Below are positions 8,567 through 17,192 of a stretch of DNA of 64,000 bases, piece by piece. The notes under the pieces were generated by a model. It ran no database searches. It saw nothing but the letters and a program-made list of their open reading frames with translations, and was not told where the DNA came from. The translations under genes and the position numbers were made by a program. Every line of letters begins with the position of its first letter. Positions within the stretch are counted from its first letter, which is position 1. Source of the stretch: Rhodothermales bacterium (lineage in GTDB: Bacteria > Bacteroidota > Rhodothermia > Rhodothermales > Bin80); NCBI GenBank assembly GCA_958296045.1, contig CATQHT010000003.1, positions 878,028-942,027 on the forward strand. Reading direction: 5' to 3'.

Positions 8567-10369
8567 GTGATGCGCCCGCTCGCCCGCACCCTTCATTATT
8601 TTGTTGACTATCAGCGTCTCTTTGTACCGGGCCTGCTATACACGGTAATCGGTGCAGGATTCACTATAGCGGTGCCTGTGGTGGTACGTCAGGCCGTGGA
8701 CAGCATTCCGCGTTTCGTCACGTTATTTCGCCAGTTCGAGGGTTCCGAGGTACAGGGGCAGCTGTTTGCGGACTTTTTCTGGGTGCTGTTATTGTTCGGT
8801 CTTGTGGTGGCTGGACTGAGCATTTTGAGCGGCTACTGCACCTTTCTGATGCGCCAGACCGTGGTGGTGGCTTCACGCCATATTGAGTTTGACCTTCGCA
8901 ACCGACTGTTCAGCCATCTGCAGACGTTGTCGCGCGACTTTTACCTGAAGAGCGCCACCGGCGACCTCATCACGCGGTGCACCAGCGATATTGAGCAGGT
9001 ACGGCGCTACATCGGTCCCGCCGTTATGTACATCACGCGCACCGTGGTGATCATTGTGGTGGCAATCGTTGCGATGTTCCTTATTTCGCCCACGCTGGCG
9101 CTGTACGCGCTGCTCCCGATGCCCTTTCTCACGGTGGCAGTTTTCTATGTTTCCAAGTACATCCATATCAGAAGTGAGCAGCTCCAGCGGCAGTATTCCA
9201 AGCTAACCAGCCGGGTGCACGAGGCACTGACCGGCATCAGAGTCCTCAAAGCCTACACGCGCGAAGAAGGGGAAGCCAAGGCTTTTGAAAAGGAGAGCGC
9301 CCTGTACAAGGAGCGCATGCTTGGCTTCGCGATCGTGGACGCGGCATTTCGTCCGCTGTTTGTCCTGGTGGTGGCGGTGTCGGAGATTTTGGTCGTCTGG
9401 ATCGGTGGCGGTCTGGTGGCCGAAGGTGCAATAACTATAGGCAACATCGCGGAGTACATCATCTATGTGGCGCTTATGACATGGCCTGCCGCCACCGTGG
9501 GCATGGTGGTAACCATGGTGCAGCGGGCTTCAGCGTCGATGGAGCGCATCACCGAGGTGCTCGACCAGGAGCCTGCCGTCTGCGACGGAGCGCAGACCAA
9601 CACCGGTATCCGCGCCATACGGGGTGCTGTCTCGTTTGAAGATGTGTCGTTTCGTTACGAGGGGGATGATGCCTGGGCACTCAGGCATGTGTCGTTTGAC
9701 ATCCCTGCAGGCAGTACGCTAGCGATTGTCGGCCGTACGGGTTCAGGTAAGACGACGCTAATTGAGCATGTTGTGCGCCTTCTGGACCCAACCCAGGGCA
9801 CCGTGCGCGTGGATGGCCACGACGTTCGCACCTTGCCACTTGGGATGTTGCGCGAGGCGGTGGGCTTCGTTCCGCAGGATGTGTTCTTGTTCAGCGACAC
9901 GGTAGGCGGCAACATTGCCTTTGGTCGTACGGGAGCAGCTCAGCCCGACATCGAAACGGCCGCGTATGAGGCCGAGCTTCTGGACAATGTACAGGACTTC
10001 CCCGCCGGCTTTGACACGCAGGTTGGCGAGCGTGGCGTCGCCCTGTCTGGGGGTCAGAAGCAGCGCACGACCATCGCTCGTTCGCTGATACGCGAGTCGC
10101 AGATCCTGATTTTGGATGATGCGCTCAGTAGTGTTGATTCGAAAACGGAGCACCGTATCCTCGGCCATCTGCGGCGGCGTTTTGGCAGGCAGACGCTGGT
10201 CATTGTCAGTCACCGCATCTCCACCGTTCAGGACGCAGACCTGATTCTGGTGCTAGAGCAGGGTCGCGTCACGCAGCGCGGCACGCACGAGTCACTGACC
10301 GCGGTTGATGGCCTGTATTCCAGGCTCTATCGTCGGCAGCAGCTGGAGGCGGAACTGGAGGCGTTATGA
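8567..10369 (+). CDS. ABC exporter half-transporter (TMD+NBD), subunit with degenerate Walker B
   Basis: Hydrophobic N-half; GRTGSGKT, LSGGQKQR, ILDDALS (Asp in place of the catalytic Glu). Confidence 0.93.
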   Translation: MMRPLARTLHYFVDYQRLFVPGLLYTVIGAGFTIAVPVVVRQAVDSIPRFVTLFRQFEGSEVQGQLFADFFWVLLLFGLVVAGLSILSGYCTFLMRQTVVVASRHIEFDLRNRLFSHLQTLSRDFYLKSATGDLITRCTSDIEQVRRYIGPAVMYITRTVVIIVVAIVAMFLISPTLALYALLPMPFLTVAVFYVSKYIHIRSEQLQRQYSKLTSRVHEALTGIRVLKAYTREEGEAKAFEKESALYKERMLGFAIVDAAFRPLFVLVVAVSEILVVWIGGGLVAEGAITIGNIAEYIIYVALMTWPAATVGMVVTMVQRASASMERITEVLDQEPAVCDGAQTNTGIRAIRGAVSFEDVSFRYEGDDAWALRHVSFDIPAGSTLAIVGRTGSGKTTLIEHVVRLLDPTQGTVRVDGHDVRTLPLGMLREAVGFVPQDVFLFSDTVGGNIAFGRTGAAQPDIETAAYEAELLDNVQDFPAGFDTQVGERGVALSGGQKQRTTIARSLIRESQILILDDALSSVDSKTEHRILGHLRRRFGRQTLVIVSHRISTVQDADLILVLEQGRVTQRGTHESLTAVDGLYSRLYRRQQLEAELEAL

Positions 10370-11310
10370 AGCTTGTTCCTCTTGGCACCAGTGCGGCTTC
10401 GCTGGCGCATGGACGCCACCCGGCCTCCCTGGCTTTGGTGAGGGAGGGGCAGATCCTTTTGTTCGACTGTGGGGACGGTACGCTTTCGCGGCTCATCAGC
10501 GCTACGCTCAATCACGGAAAGATCGCGGCCATCTTTATTTCGCACCTGCATGGCGACCATTATCTGGGCCTGTTCGGACTGCTTAATGCGATGTCGCGCA
10601 GGGATCGCAGCGCTCCGCTAGTAGTGGTAGCTCCAAAGCTCCTATCCCAGGTGATGGCACAATTGCCTGGGGTAAGAGCACGCGACTTAACTTTTCCTGT
10701 TGAGCTTGTTGCCACTGAGGAGGCCATAGCGCAGCCTGTTGTATACCAGACCCGGGCGTACAAGGTGGAGGCACGGCAAATGGACCACGGGACAGCTTTT
10801 GCGGTGGGGTATCGCTTGGAGGAGCATGTTCGCCCAGGCCGCCTTGACGTGGCTTCTGCGATGGAGCTGGGCATCACTGGCTTTAGAGACTTCTGGCGCC
10901 TGAAGAACGGTGAATCGGTCCATAACGCTGATGGCCGTCTAGTAACGCCCGATATGGTACTGGGCCCGCCCCCTCCTGTCCAGATCTTTGCGTATACGGG
11001 GGATACGCGCCCATGTAGAGGCGCCATCCAACTGGCCCAAGACGCTACGTTGTTCGTCCATGACGCTACGTTTGCTGATGAGCATCGGCGAAAGGCTGAA
11101 CTCACCGGGCATTCCACGGCGGTGCAGGCCGCAAAAGTCGCGCAAGAGGCGGGGGTCTCAAGGCTGCTGCTCACACATTTTAGCGCCCGATACAAAGATC
11201 TAGCACTACTGGTGAACCAAGCCCGGCAGGTATTTCCAGAGACAGAGGCGGCGCGGGAGCTTCATCCCGTCATTTTAGATGCCCGCCCAACCCCATTGCG
11301 GGTGGAGTGA
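10366..11310 (+). CDS. rnz: Ribonuclease Z
   Basis: LGTSA, FDCG, SHLHGDH, GPP exosite arm, YTGDTRP, HDATF, GHST, THFSARY. Confidence 0.9.
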   Translation: MKLVPLGTSAASLAHGRHPASLALVREGQILLFDCGDGTLSRLISATLNHGKIAAIFISHLHGDHYLGLFGLLNAMSRRDRSAPLVVVAPKLLSQVMAQLPGVRARDLTFPVELVATEEAIAQPVVYQTRAYKVEARQMDHGTAFAVGYRLEEHVRPGRLDVASAMELGITGFRDFWRLKNGESVHNADGRLVTPDMVLGPPPPVQIFAYTGDTRPCRGAIQLAQDATLFVHDATFADEHRRKAELTGHSTAVQAAKVAQEAGVSRLLLTHFSARYKDLALLVNQARQVFPETEAARELHPVILDARPTPLRVE

Positions 11311-13079
11311 TGGCAGATAAGAGGGGTTTGGACGGTCGCATCTTGCGTCGCATTGTAGGGTATCTCATGCCCTACAAGCACTGGGTGCTTCTGGCGTTCG
11401 TGTTGGTGATGGTGGCTGCTTTTGTGGGGCCGGTGCGGCCGAAGCTCGTGCAGCTTGCCATTGACGACTACATCGTTCCGAACGACCTCACAGGGATCCA
11501 CGTGATTATTCTGCTGCTGCTCGGTGCAGCAGTGGTCGAGGCAGTACTCGGATTCATCAATGCGTACTTCACGCAGTGGATTGGTCAGAGCGCCATCTAT
11601 GACGTGCGCGTACGTGTGTACCGCCACATTCAGCGCCAGCCGCTGGGCTTCTTTGACCGCACGCCGATCGGGCGACTGATTACGCGGACAACCAGCGATG
11701 TGGAGTCACTGAGCGATGTGCTTTCTGCCGGGGTTGTCCTGATTATGGGAGACCTGTTTCGGCTGGTCTTCATCACGGCCTTCATGTTTTCCTTAGACTG
11801 GGTGCTGGCGATCGTCACTTTGTGCGCGATGCCGTTCATGTTGTGGGTTACCAACTGGTTCAAGCGAAGTGTCCGCGCGGAGTATCGCCAGGTGCGCAAA
11901 CAGGTGGCCCGCCTCAACGCGTTCCTCCAGGAGCACATCACGGGGATGAAGATCGTGCAGCTCTTCGGCCGGGAAAAGGAGGAGATTAAGGCCTTTGTCA
12001 AGATCAACGACCATCACCGCAGCGCGCACCTCAAGACGGTGTTTTACCACTCGCTGTTCTGGCCAGCCGTGGACATCCTGGCCACCTCCACCATCGGACT
12101 TGTGCTTTGGGTTGGCGGGATCCGTGCACTGGCGGGCGGGCTGACTGTGGGCGTGCTTATCGCCTTTGTGCAGTACGCCCGCCAGTTTTTTCAGCCGATA
12201 CGTAACCTGTCCAACCAATTCAATACGCTGCAGTCGGCTATGGCGGGCGCCGAGCGCATCTTCGATGTTCTTGACCGCGACTATTCGCTTCGCGAGCCTT
12301 CGGGCCCCATCCCTGCCGACGTGATCGAGGGACACATAGAGTTTCGCGGCGTATGGTTCAGCTATTCTGAGGAGCCCGATTGGGTGCTCCGTGACGTGTC
12401 ATTCACGATCACTCCTGGGCAGACCGTGGCCATCGTCGGTGCGACTGGCAGCGGCAAGACCACCATCATAAGCCTGCTGTTACGTTTCTACGATATCCAA
12501 AAGGGTCAGATACTTTTGGACGGGCGCGACATCTGCACGTACAGGCTGGGCTATCTCCGTTGGCGTATCGGGCTAGTGCTGCAGGATGCTTTTCTGTTTT
12601 CAGGGTCTGTGGAAAGGAACATATCGTTGGGCCATCCAGATGTCACGCTGGATCAGGTACGTCGGGCGGCAGAGTCTATTGGTGCCAATGAGTTTATTGA
12701 GCGTTTGCCGGGGGGATACCAGCACGATGTGCATGAGCGTGGCAAGTCGTTGTCACATGGCCAGCGGCAGCTGCTTTCGTTTATCCGCGTGTTGGTATAT
12801 GATCCAGACTTATTGGTGCTGGACGAGGCGACATCCAGCGTGGATACCGAGACAGAGCACACGATTCAGCGCGCGCTGGGCAAGCTTTTGAAGAACCGAA
12901 CATCGCTCATTATTGCGCATCGTCTTTCCACGATCCGCCACGCTGACATGATTCTGGTGCTGCACAAGGGCAAGTTGCGCCAGCGCGGCACGCACGACGA
13001 GCTAATCGCCCAGGATGGTCTGTACCACACGTTATACGCCCTCCAATACAAGCACCAGGAGGTGGCAGCCGCTGCTTAG
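11307..13079 (+). CDS. ABC exporter half-transporter (TMD+NBD), partner subunit
   Basis: GATGSGKT, degenerate signature LSHGQRQ, VLDEATS, AHRLSTI. Confidence 0.93.
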   Translation: MMADKRGLDGRILRRIVGYLMPYKHWVLLAFVLVMVAAFVGPVRPKLVQLAIDDYIVPNDLTGIHVIILLLLGAAVVEAVLGFINAYFTQWIGQSAIYDVRVRVYRHIQRQPLGFFDRTPIGRLITRTTSDVESLSDVLSAGVVLIMGDLFRLVFITAFMFSLDWVLAIVTLCAMPFMLWVTNWFKRSVRAEYRQVRKQVARLNAFLQEHITGMKIVQLFGREKEEIKAFVKINDHHRSAHLKTVFYHSLFWPAVDILATSTIGLVLWVGGIRALAGGLTVGVLIAFVQYARQFFQPIRNLSNQFNTLQSAMAGAERIFDVLDRDYSLREPSGPIPADVIEGHIEFRGVWFSYSEEPDWVLRDVSFTITPGQTVAIVGATGSGKTTIISLLLRFYDIQKGQILLDGRDICTYRLGYLRWRIGLVLQDAFLFSGSVERNISLGHPDVTLDQVRRAAESIGANEFIERLPGGYQHDVHERGKSLSHGQRQLLSFIRVLVYDPDLLVLDEATSSVDTETEHTIQRALGKLLKNRTSLIIAHRLSTIRHADMILVLHKGKLRQRGTHDELIAQDGLYHTLYALQYKHQEVAAAA

Positions 13080-14309
13080 CGCGGCAGGTACGTCCTGCGA
13101 ACCGCCGGAGCTATCATCTTTGTTCTTGGGCTGCAGTGACTGGCGGAGGAATCAGATGGCGTTGGGAGAATACTCATGTCGCCGACGTAACTGCCACTGA
13201 GATCCAAGGCGATGCCGGATCGGAACGATACGGCGCATCAGCGTACGGGTCTCACCGTGGACGAGTCATCAGACCATCACGTGCATATCTCGATCCGTTG
13301 GCGACCTATGCCTCGTGGTTTGCCGGATCCTCAGTCTGGTCGTAGTCGAGACCATTGCGCTCTTGGATTCAACGGCACAGCCCGGTTTGGCACGGTTGCC
13401 GCAGGCAGACAATGCCCATGCATGCCCGAGAGGCAACTGATGCAAAAGCCGAATCCGTAGTTCAAGATCAGATGGGAGGACTAGTATTCGGCAGCTGCGT
13501 GTTGGGATACAGACTCGATTTCCTGCAGGCTGCCTTCCTTACCCTTATCGAAGCGGCGGGAATGCCTTCCGCGATACACGCGCCAGCCGTTTCAGGGCTT
13601 GCTGTGCGCCACGGACGGGCCAGCCACCGAGACTGACGGCCATGCCGGGCCAGAGACCTGGCCAGGGTCGCCATTCGCGAGTAGCCCGCATGCCACCGAG
13701 ATGCGGTTTGGGATCAGTGATTCCGAATTTGGGTTTTCGGTGGAGGAGAGGAATGGATCTGTTTTCGGTAGGCTACACGCACGCGGGTTGCAGAGGAGGC
13801 TGTCGAATGGTTCGAACGGGCAACAAGAAGCCACATTTGCGGCGCCATCTGTCCGCCCAATAGACTGCGACGGTCTTCCAGGAATCTAGAATCCCCGGTT
13901 CTCGTGTTCTTGACGTGCAATCCTTGAGGATCTGGAAGCGGAAGGCTCCAGCGGAGGCGGATGACAATACAACCTACCCCTCAACGCCACCCAAATTTGG
14001 AATCGCTGCTCTGGGACCCGTCGGCGGGCTTGATCCGAGGAGATGCCTTACTATATCGCCTTACGTATGCTTCGTACTCGCGAACAGCCAGCGGTTGCAT
14101 TGGGCGAATGGCCGGCGGCGGGTCTTGCAGCGGCATGCCCGCACGTTTCCCACTGGTGCTGAGCTCCACCAATTCGCTGCCTTCGGCCTCTGATCGGATG
14201 CTCCGAGGGATGGAACCTGGACTTCTGCCACATCGCGGCTTTGCCGTGACGCAACCGATCCGACCCAGAGCCGTAGTACAATTCGCTACTCGTTCAGGCG
14301 ATTGCTATT

Positions 14310-15659
14310 ATGAATAATGCGTATCGACAGGCTCCGGGATCGTCTGGAATCCGAAGCTCTGGGCTCGCGCTTCCTGCCGTATTGGGATGCTTCGTTATTG
14401 CGGCCTTCATTGCTGTTTCGTGCGGCCCTGCGCAAGCGCCACCGGACTCCGCTGTGATCGACACCACAGGCGTACAAATCGTGGCGGACAACCATGGGTT
14501 GAATTTTTCACAGCCCGAATCGATTATCGAAAGCGCCCGCGCACGGATCCTGACAAGCGATCCGCTAGGCAGTACAGCCCGGTGCACGCTGGGCGATTCG
14601 CCTGTTTTCCGAGTCGGCGATGACGAGACCGAAGAGGCGCAAATGTTTTCCAGGGTTCGGGGGATGGGCCGACTTACCGATGGATCGGTGGCGGTCGCCG
14701 AGCGGGCGAGCCGTGAGATACGCATCTTCGGGGGACACGGCCGATTTCTTCGCTCAATGGGCGGTCCGGGCGATGCTCCGGGGGAATTCCGCGATCCCTT
14801 CGTCCTCTGGGTACTTCCTGGCGACACTCTCTGGGTTGGCGATTATAGTCCCTATCGTTTCGTGGTATTCACCTCCGCGGGCGAGTTTGTACGCAATGTT
14901 GCGTTGGACCCGGTCTACGTGAATCCCTCGCACGCTGGAGGTGTGCTTGACAATGGAAGCTCTGTGAACGCATGGCAACAGCGCGCTCTCATTCGTGACT
15001 TCTCCGCTCCCGATACGCTAGTTGTAGAGATGCATGATCGGGACGGCCATCGGGTCAAGGAACTCTCCAGAATTGCTGGGCGCTCGTTTGGCCAAACTCG
15101 CGCGTCGGAACAATCAAACTTCTACTTCGGCAGGATCTTCGATTCCGACGGTTGGGCTGACGCGAGAGAACGCACTATCGCGCTGGCACACACCGCGACC
15201 CCCGAGGTCTACCTCTTTGACGAGACCTTCCGCCTCCGTTCGATCGTGCGTTGGCACGTTCCCGACCAAAGGGTGACCGCCGCCGATGTGCGGGCTTGGC
15301 GCAAGGAGTACATCGAGAGACAAAGCACAGCCGGCAGTACTTGGAGTGAGGAATTCGATAGTCCGCTGGTCAGCCGGGAACGTCCAGCAGCCGACCGGTT
15401 CCCGACATTCTCGAGCATACAGGTAGGACGAGACGGGCGCCTGTGGGTAAGACCGTACCGACGGCCGCGCGCGGAGCCTACCCGGTGGATGGGCTTTTCT
15501 CGCGATGGATCATTCCTTTGTCACCTTGAGCGCCTGCCGGAGGAGTCCAGCATCGATATATGGGAATTCGGGGCGGATTATGTGCTCGGGGTTTCCGTCA
15601 GCGTTAACGGGACTGATACGGTCGTAATGTACGCACTCACAACGCCTGGGGAGGCTTGA
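14310..15659 (+). CDS. Putative 6-bladed beta-propeller lipoprotein
   Basis: Hydrophobic signal ending in VSC; NHL-like repeats (GGPGDAPGEF, GDTLWVGD, VGRDGRLWV). Confidence 0.7.
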   Translation: MNNAYRQAPGSSGIRSSGLALPAVLGCFVIAAFIAVSCGPAQAPPDSAVIDTTGVQIVADNHGLNFSQPESIIESARARILTSDPLGSTARCTLGDSPVFRVGDDETEEAQMFSRVRGMGRLTDGSVAVAERASREIRIFGGHGRFLRSMGGPGDAPGEFRDPFVLWVLPGDTLWVGDYSPYRFVVFTSAGEFVRNVALDPVYVNPSHAGGVLDNGSSVNAWQQRALIRDFSAPDTLVVEMHDRDGHRVKELSRIAGRSFGQTRASEQSNFYFGRIFDSDGWADARERTIALAHTATPEVYLFDETFRLRSIVRWHVPDQRVTAADVRAWRKEYIERQSTAGSTWSEEFDSPLVSRERPAADRFPTFSSIQVGRDGRLWVRPYRRPRAEPTRWMGFSRDGSFLCHLERLPEESSIDIWEFGADYVLGVSVSVNGTDTVVMYALTTPGEA

Positions 15660-15953
15660 CCCATTTGTTATGCACTGCAGACCTGGGTAGCCGCTGCCGT
15701 TTACACAAACCGAGTGGCAGCATGTGCCGCATCGATACGGAGATTTCCGCATGCCGCCGATGCGGTGGCTATTGAGAGCAAGAGCGATCGCAGGCCCACC
15801 CAAGGTGTACTGAAATCATAACCAGTGGATATTGCCAATGGGACGCTCATCAGTGAGCGTCGAGAGGCCGTACAGCAAGAGTAGGAGTTATGAAGCGGCC
15901 TCGTCGCTACCACTTGTGCATCCGAGTCTGTTGCTTGGACGCGTCTAGGACCA

Positions 15954-17192
15954 TCACACCGGTTGCGCCGCATAAATCGTGAGCATTACTTCCGCATCGT
16001 CGAACACCCGAAACATTGGTCGCCGCCCAGAGAGCTCCAGACTCTCCTGCAATATGATGGGCACACCTTCCCCGCGTCCCTCCATCAGGAATTGACGGCC
16101 GATCTTCCCTGTTGGATCCTCGACCCGGCACTTGGCCAGCAGTGTCGTCAGCAGTTCATTGCGAGTTGATTGCCGAAACTCAATGGAATCAACCGTGACA
16201 GAGTTCGGTAGCGGGCCGGGCGAATAGAGTTCCAGCCGATCTGCGAACATCAACAGGCGAATCTTTGATCCGTGCACGGAATAGTCGCGATGCGCCACCG
16301 CGTTCACGATAGCCTCAAAGGCGGCACGCAGACTGAACTGCGGGATGTCCACGCGCCCGGGGGCCTTGCGAGCGGCCACCCTCATGTTGCGCCGAACAAA
16401 AGTCATCGCCTCTGCGACCTGCTCGTCCAATGATCCAGTGATATCTCGGGCATCTACCTGATAGTTTCCATCCTGGCGAGTTCCTTGATAGCATACTGCT
16501 TGAATAAATGCACCAGGGAGCCACCGCTGCGGACTCGAAGAGCACATCAGGATTCCGCCTACGGTTGCACGCGCTTCCCTTGACTCGTCGTTCGTGACGA
16601 GCTTCATTTTCTTGAACGTAACAAGGTCGGCAGCATCGGGCATTGAGAAGCAGCGCCGCCGATCCGGTTCGAGATCGACGAACGTCGTCCCAGGCACCGC
16701 CTGTTCCTCGAATCGGTACCGATGGGCCTGACTTCGCTGCTGACCGAGGCGCAGCAGGTAGTCGGTAGGGATCTGTCGCTTTGAACTGCCCTGCCTATGA
16801 AAGTAACCTCCGGGGCTTTTGTGAAGGTACAGGCCGCGCGGAACTTCGACCTTGAGGAGGGGCCGCAACTCACCCGCTGCATCAGGGAGCTCCACGCGGA
16901 TAGCATAGAACCGCAGCGGTGGTTCGATGCTATCGTTGCAAATTTCGGAAACGTACTGATCGACCAAGTCTAGTCGCTCGACCGGTATCCCGACGATGTC
17001 TCGCGTCCTATCATCAACGCCAAGCACCAGGACTCCACCTCGCGAATTGGCAAACGCCGCAAGTTCGTCTGCCAGCGTTTCGCGGCGTGGACCCCTTACT
17101 CTGTCTCCCTTGAATGACACATCCTTCAGCTCAAGCGAACTGTCTTCGCCCAGCTTTATCCTGCGTAGCAACTCCCCAGGGCTATCAGTCAT
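15954..17192 (-). CDS. Schlafen/AlbA_2 domain + HATPase_c_4 (RecG C-terminal-like) protein
   Basis: GEDSSLELK and AAFANSRGGVLVLGVDD (AlbA_2); EAIVNAVAHRDY, DRLELYSPG, RN, GEG (HATPase_c_4). No C-terminal wHTH. Confidence 0.88.
   Translation of the reverse strand: MTDSPGELLRRIKLGEDSSLELKDVSFKGDRVRGPRRETLADELAAFANSRGGVLVLGVDDRTRDIVGIPVERLDLVDQYVSEICNDSIEPPLRFYAIRVELPDAAGELRPLLKVEVPRGLYLHKSPGGYFHRQGSSKRQIPTDYLLRLGQQRSQAHRYRFEEQAVPGTTFVDLEPDRRRCFSMPDAADLVTFKKMKLVTNDESREARATVGGILMCSSSPQRWLPGAFIQAVCYQGTRQDGNYQVDARDITGSLDEQVAEAMTFVRRNMRVAARKAPGRVDIPQFSLRAAFEAIVNAVAHRDYSVHGSKIRLLMFADRLELYSPGPLPNSVTVDSIEFRQSTRNELLTTLLAKCRVEDPTGKIGRQFLMEGRGEGVPIILQESLELSGRRPMFRVFDDAEVMLTIYAAQPV

Noticed and set aside
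15842-15861. Hairpin GACGCTCA-TCAG-TGAGCGTC between convergent genes
   Set aside because: No U-tract on either strand and a single occurrence; cannot call a terminator.
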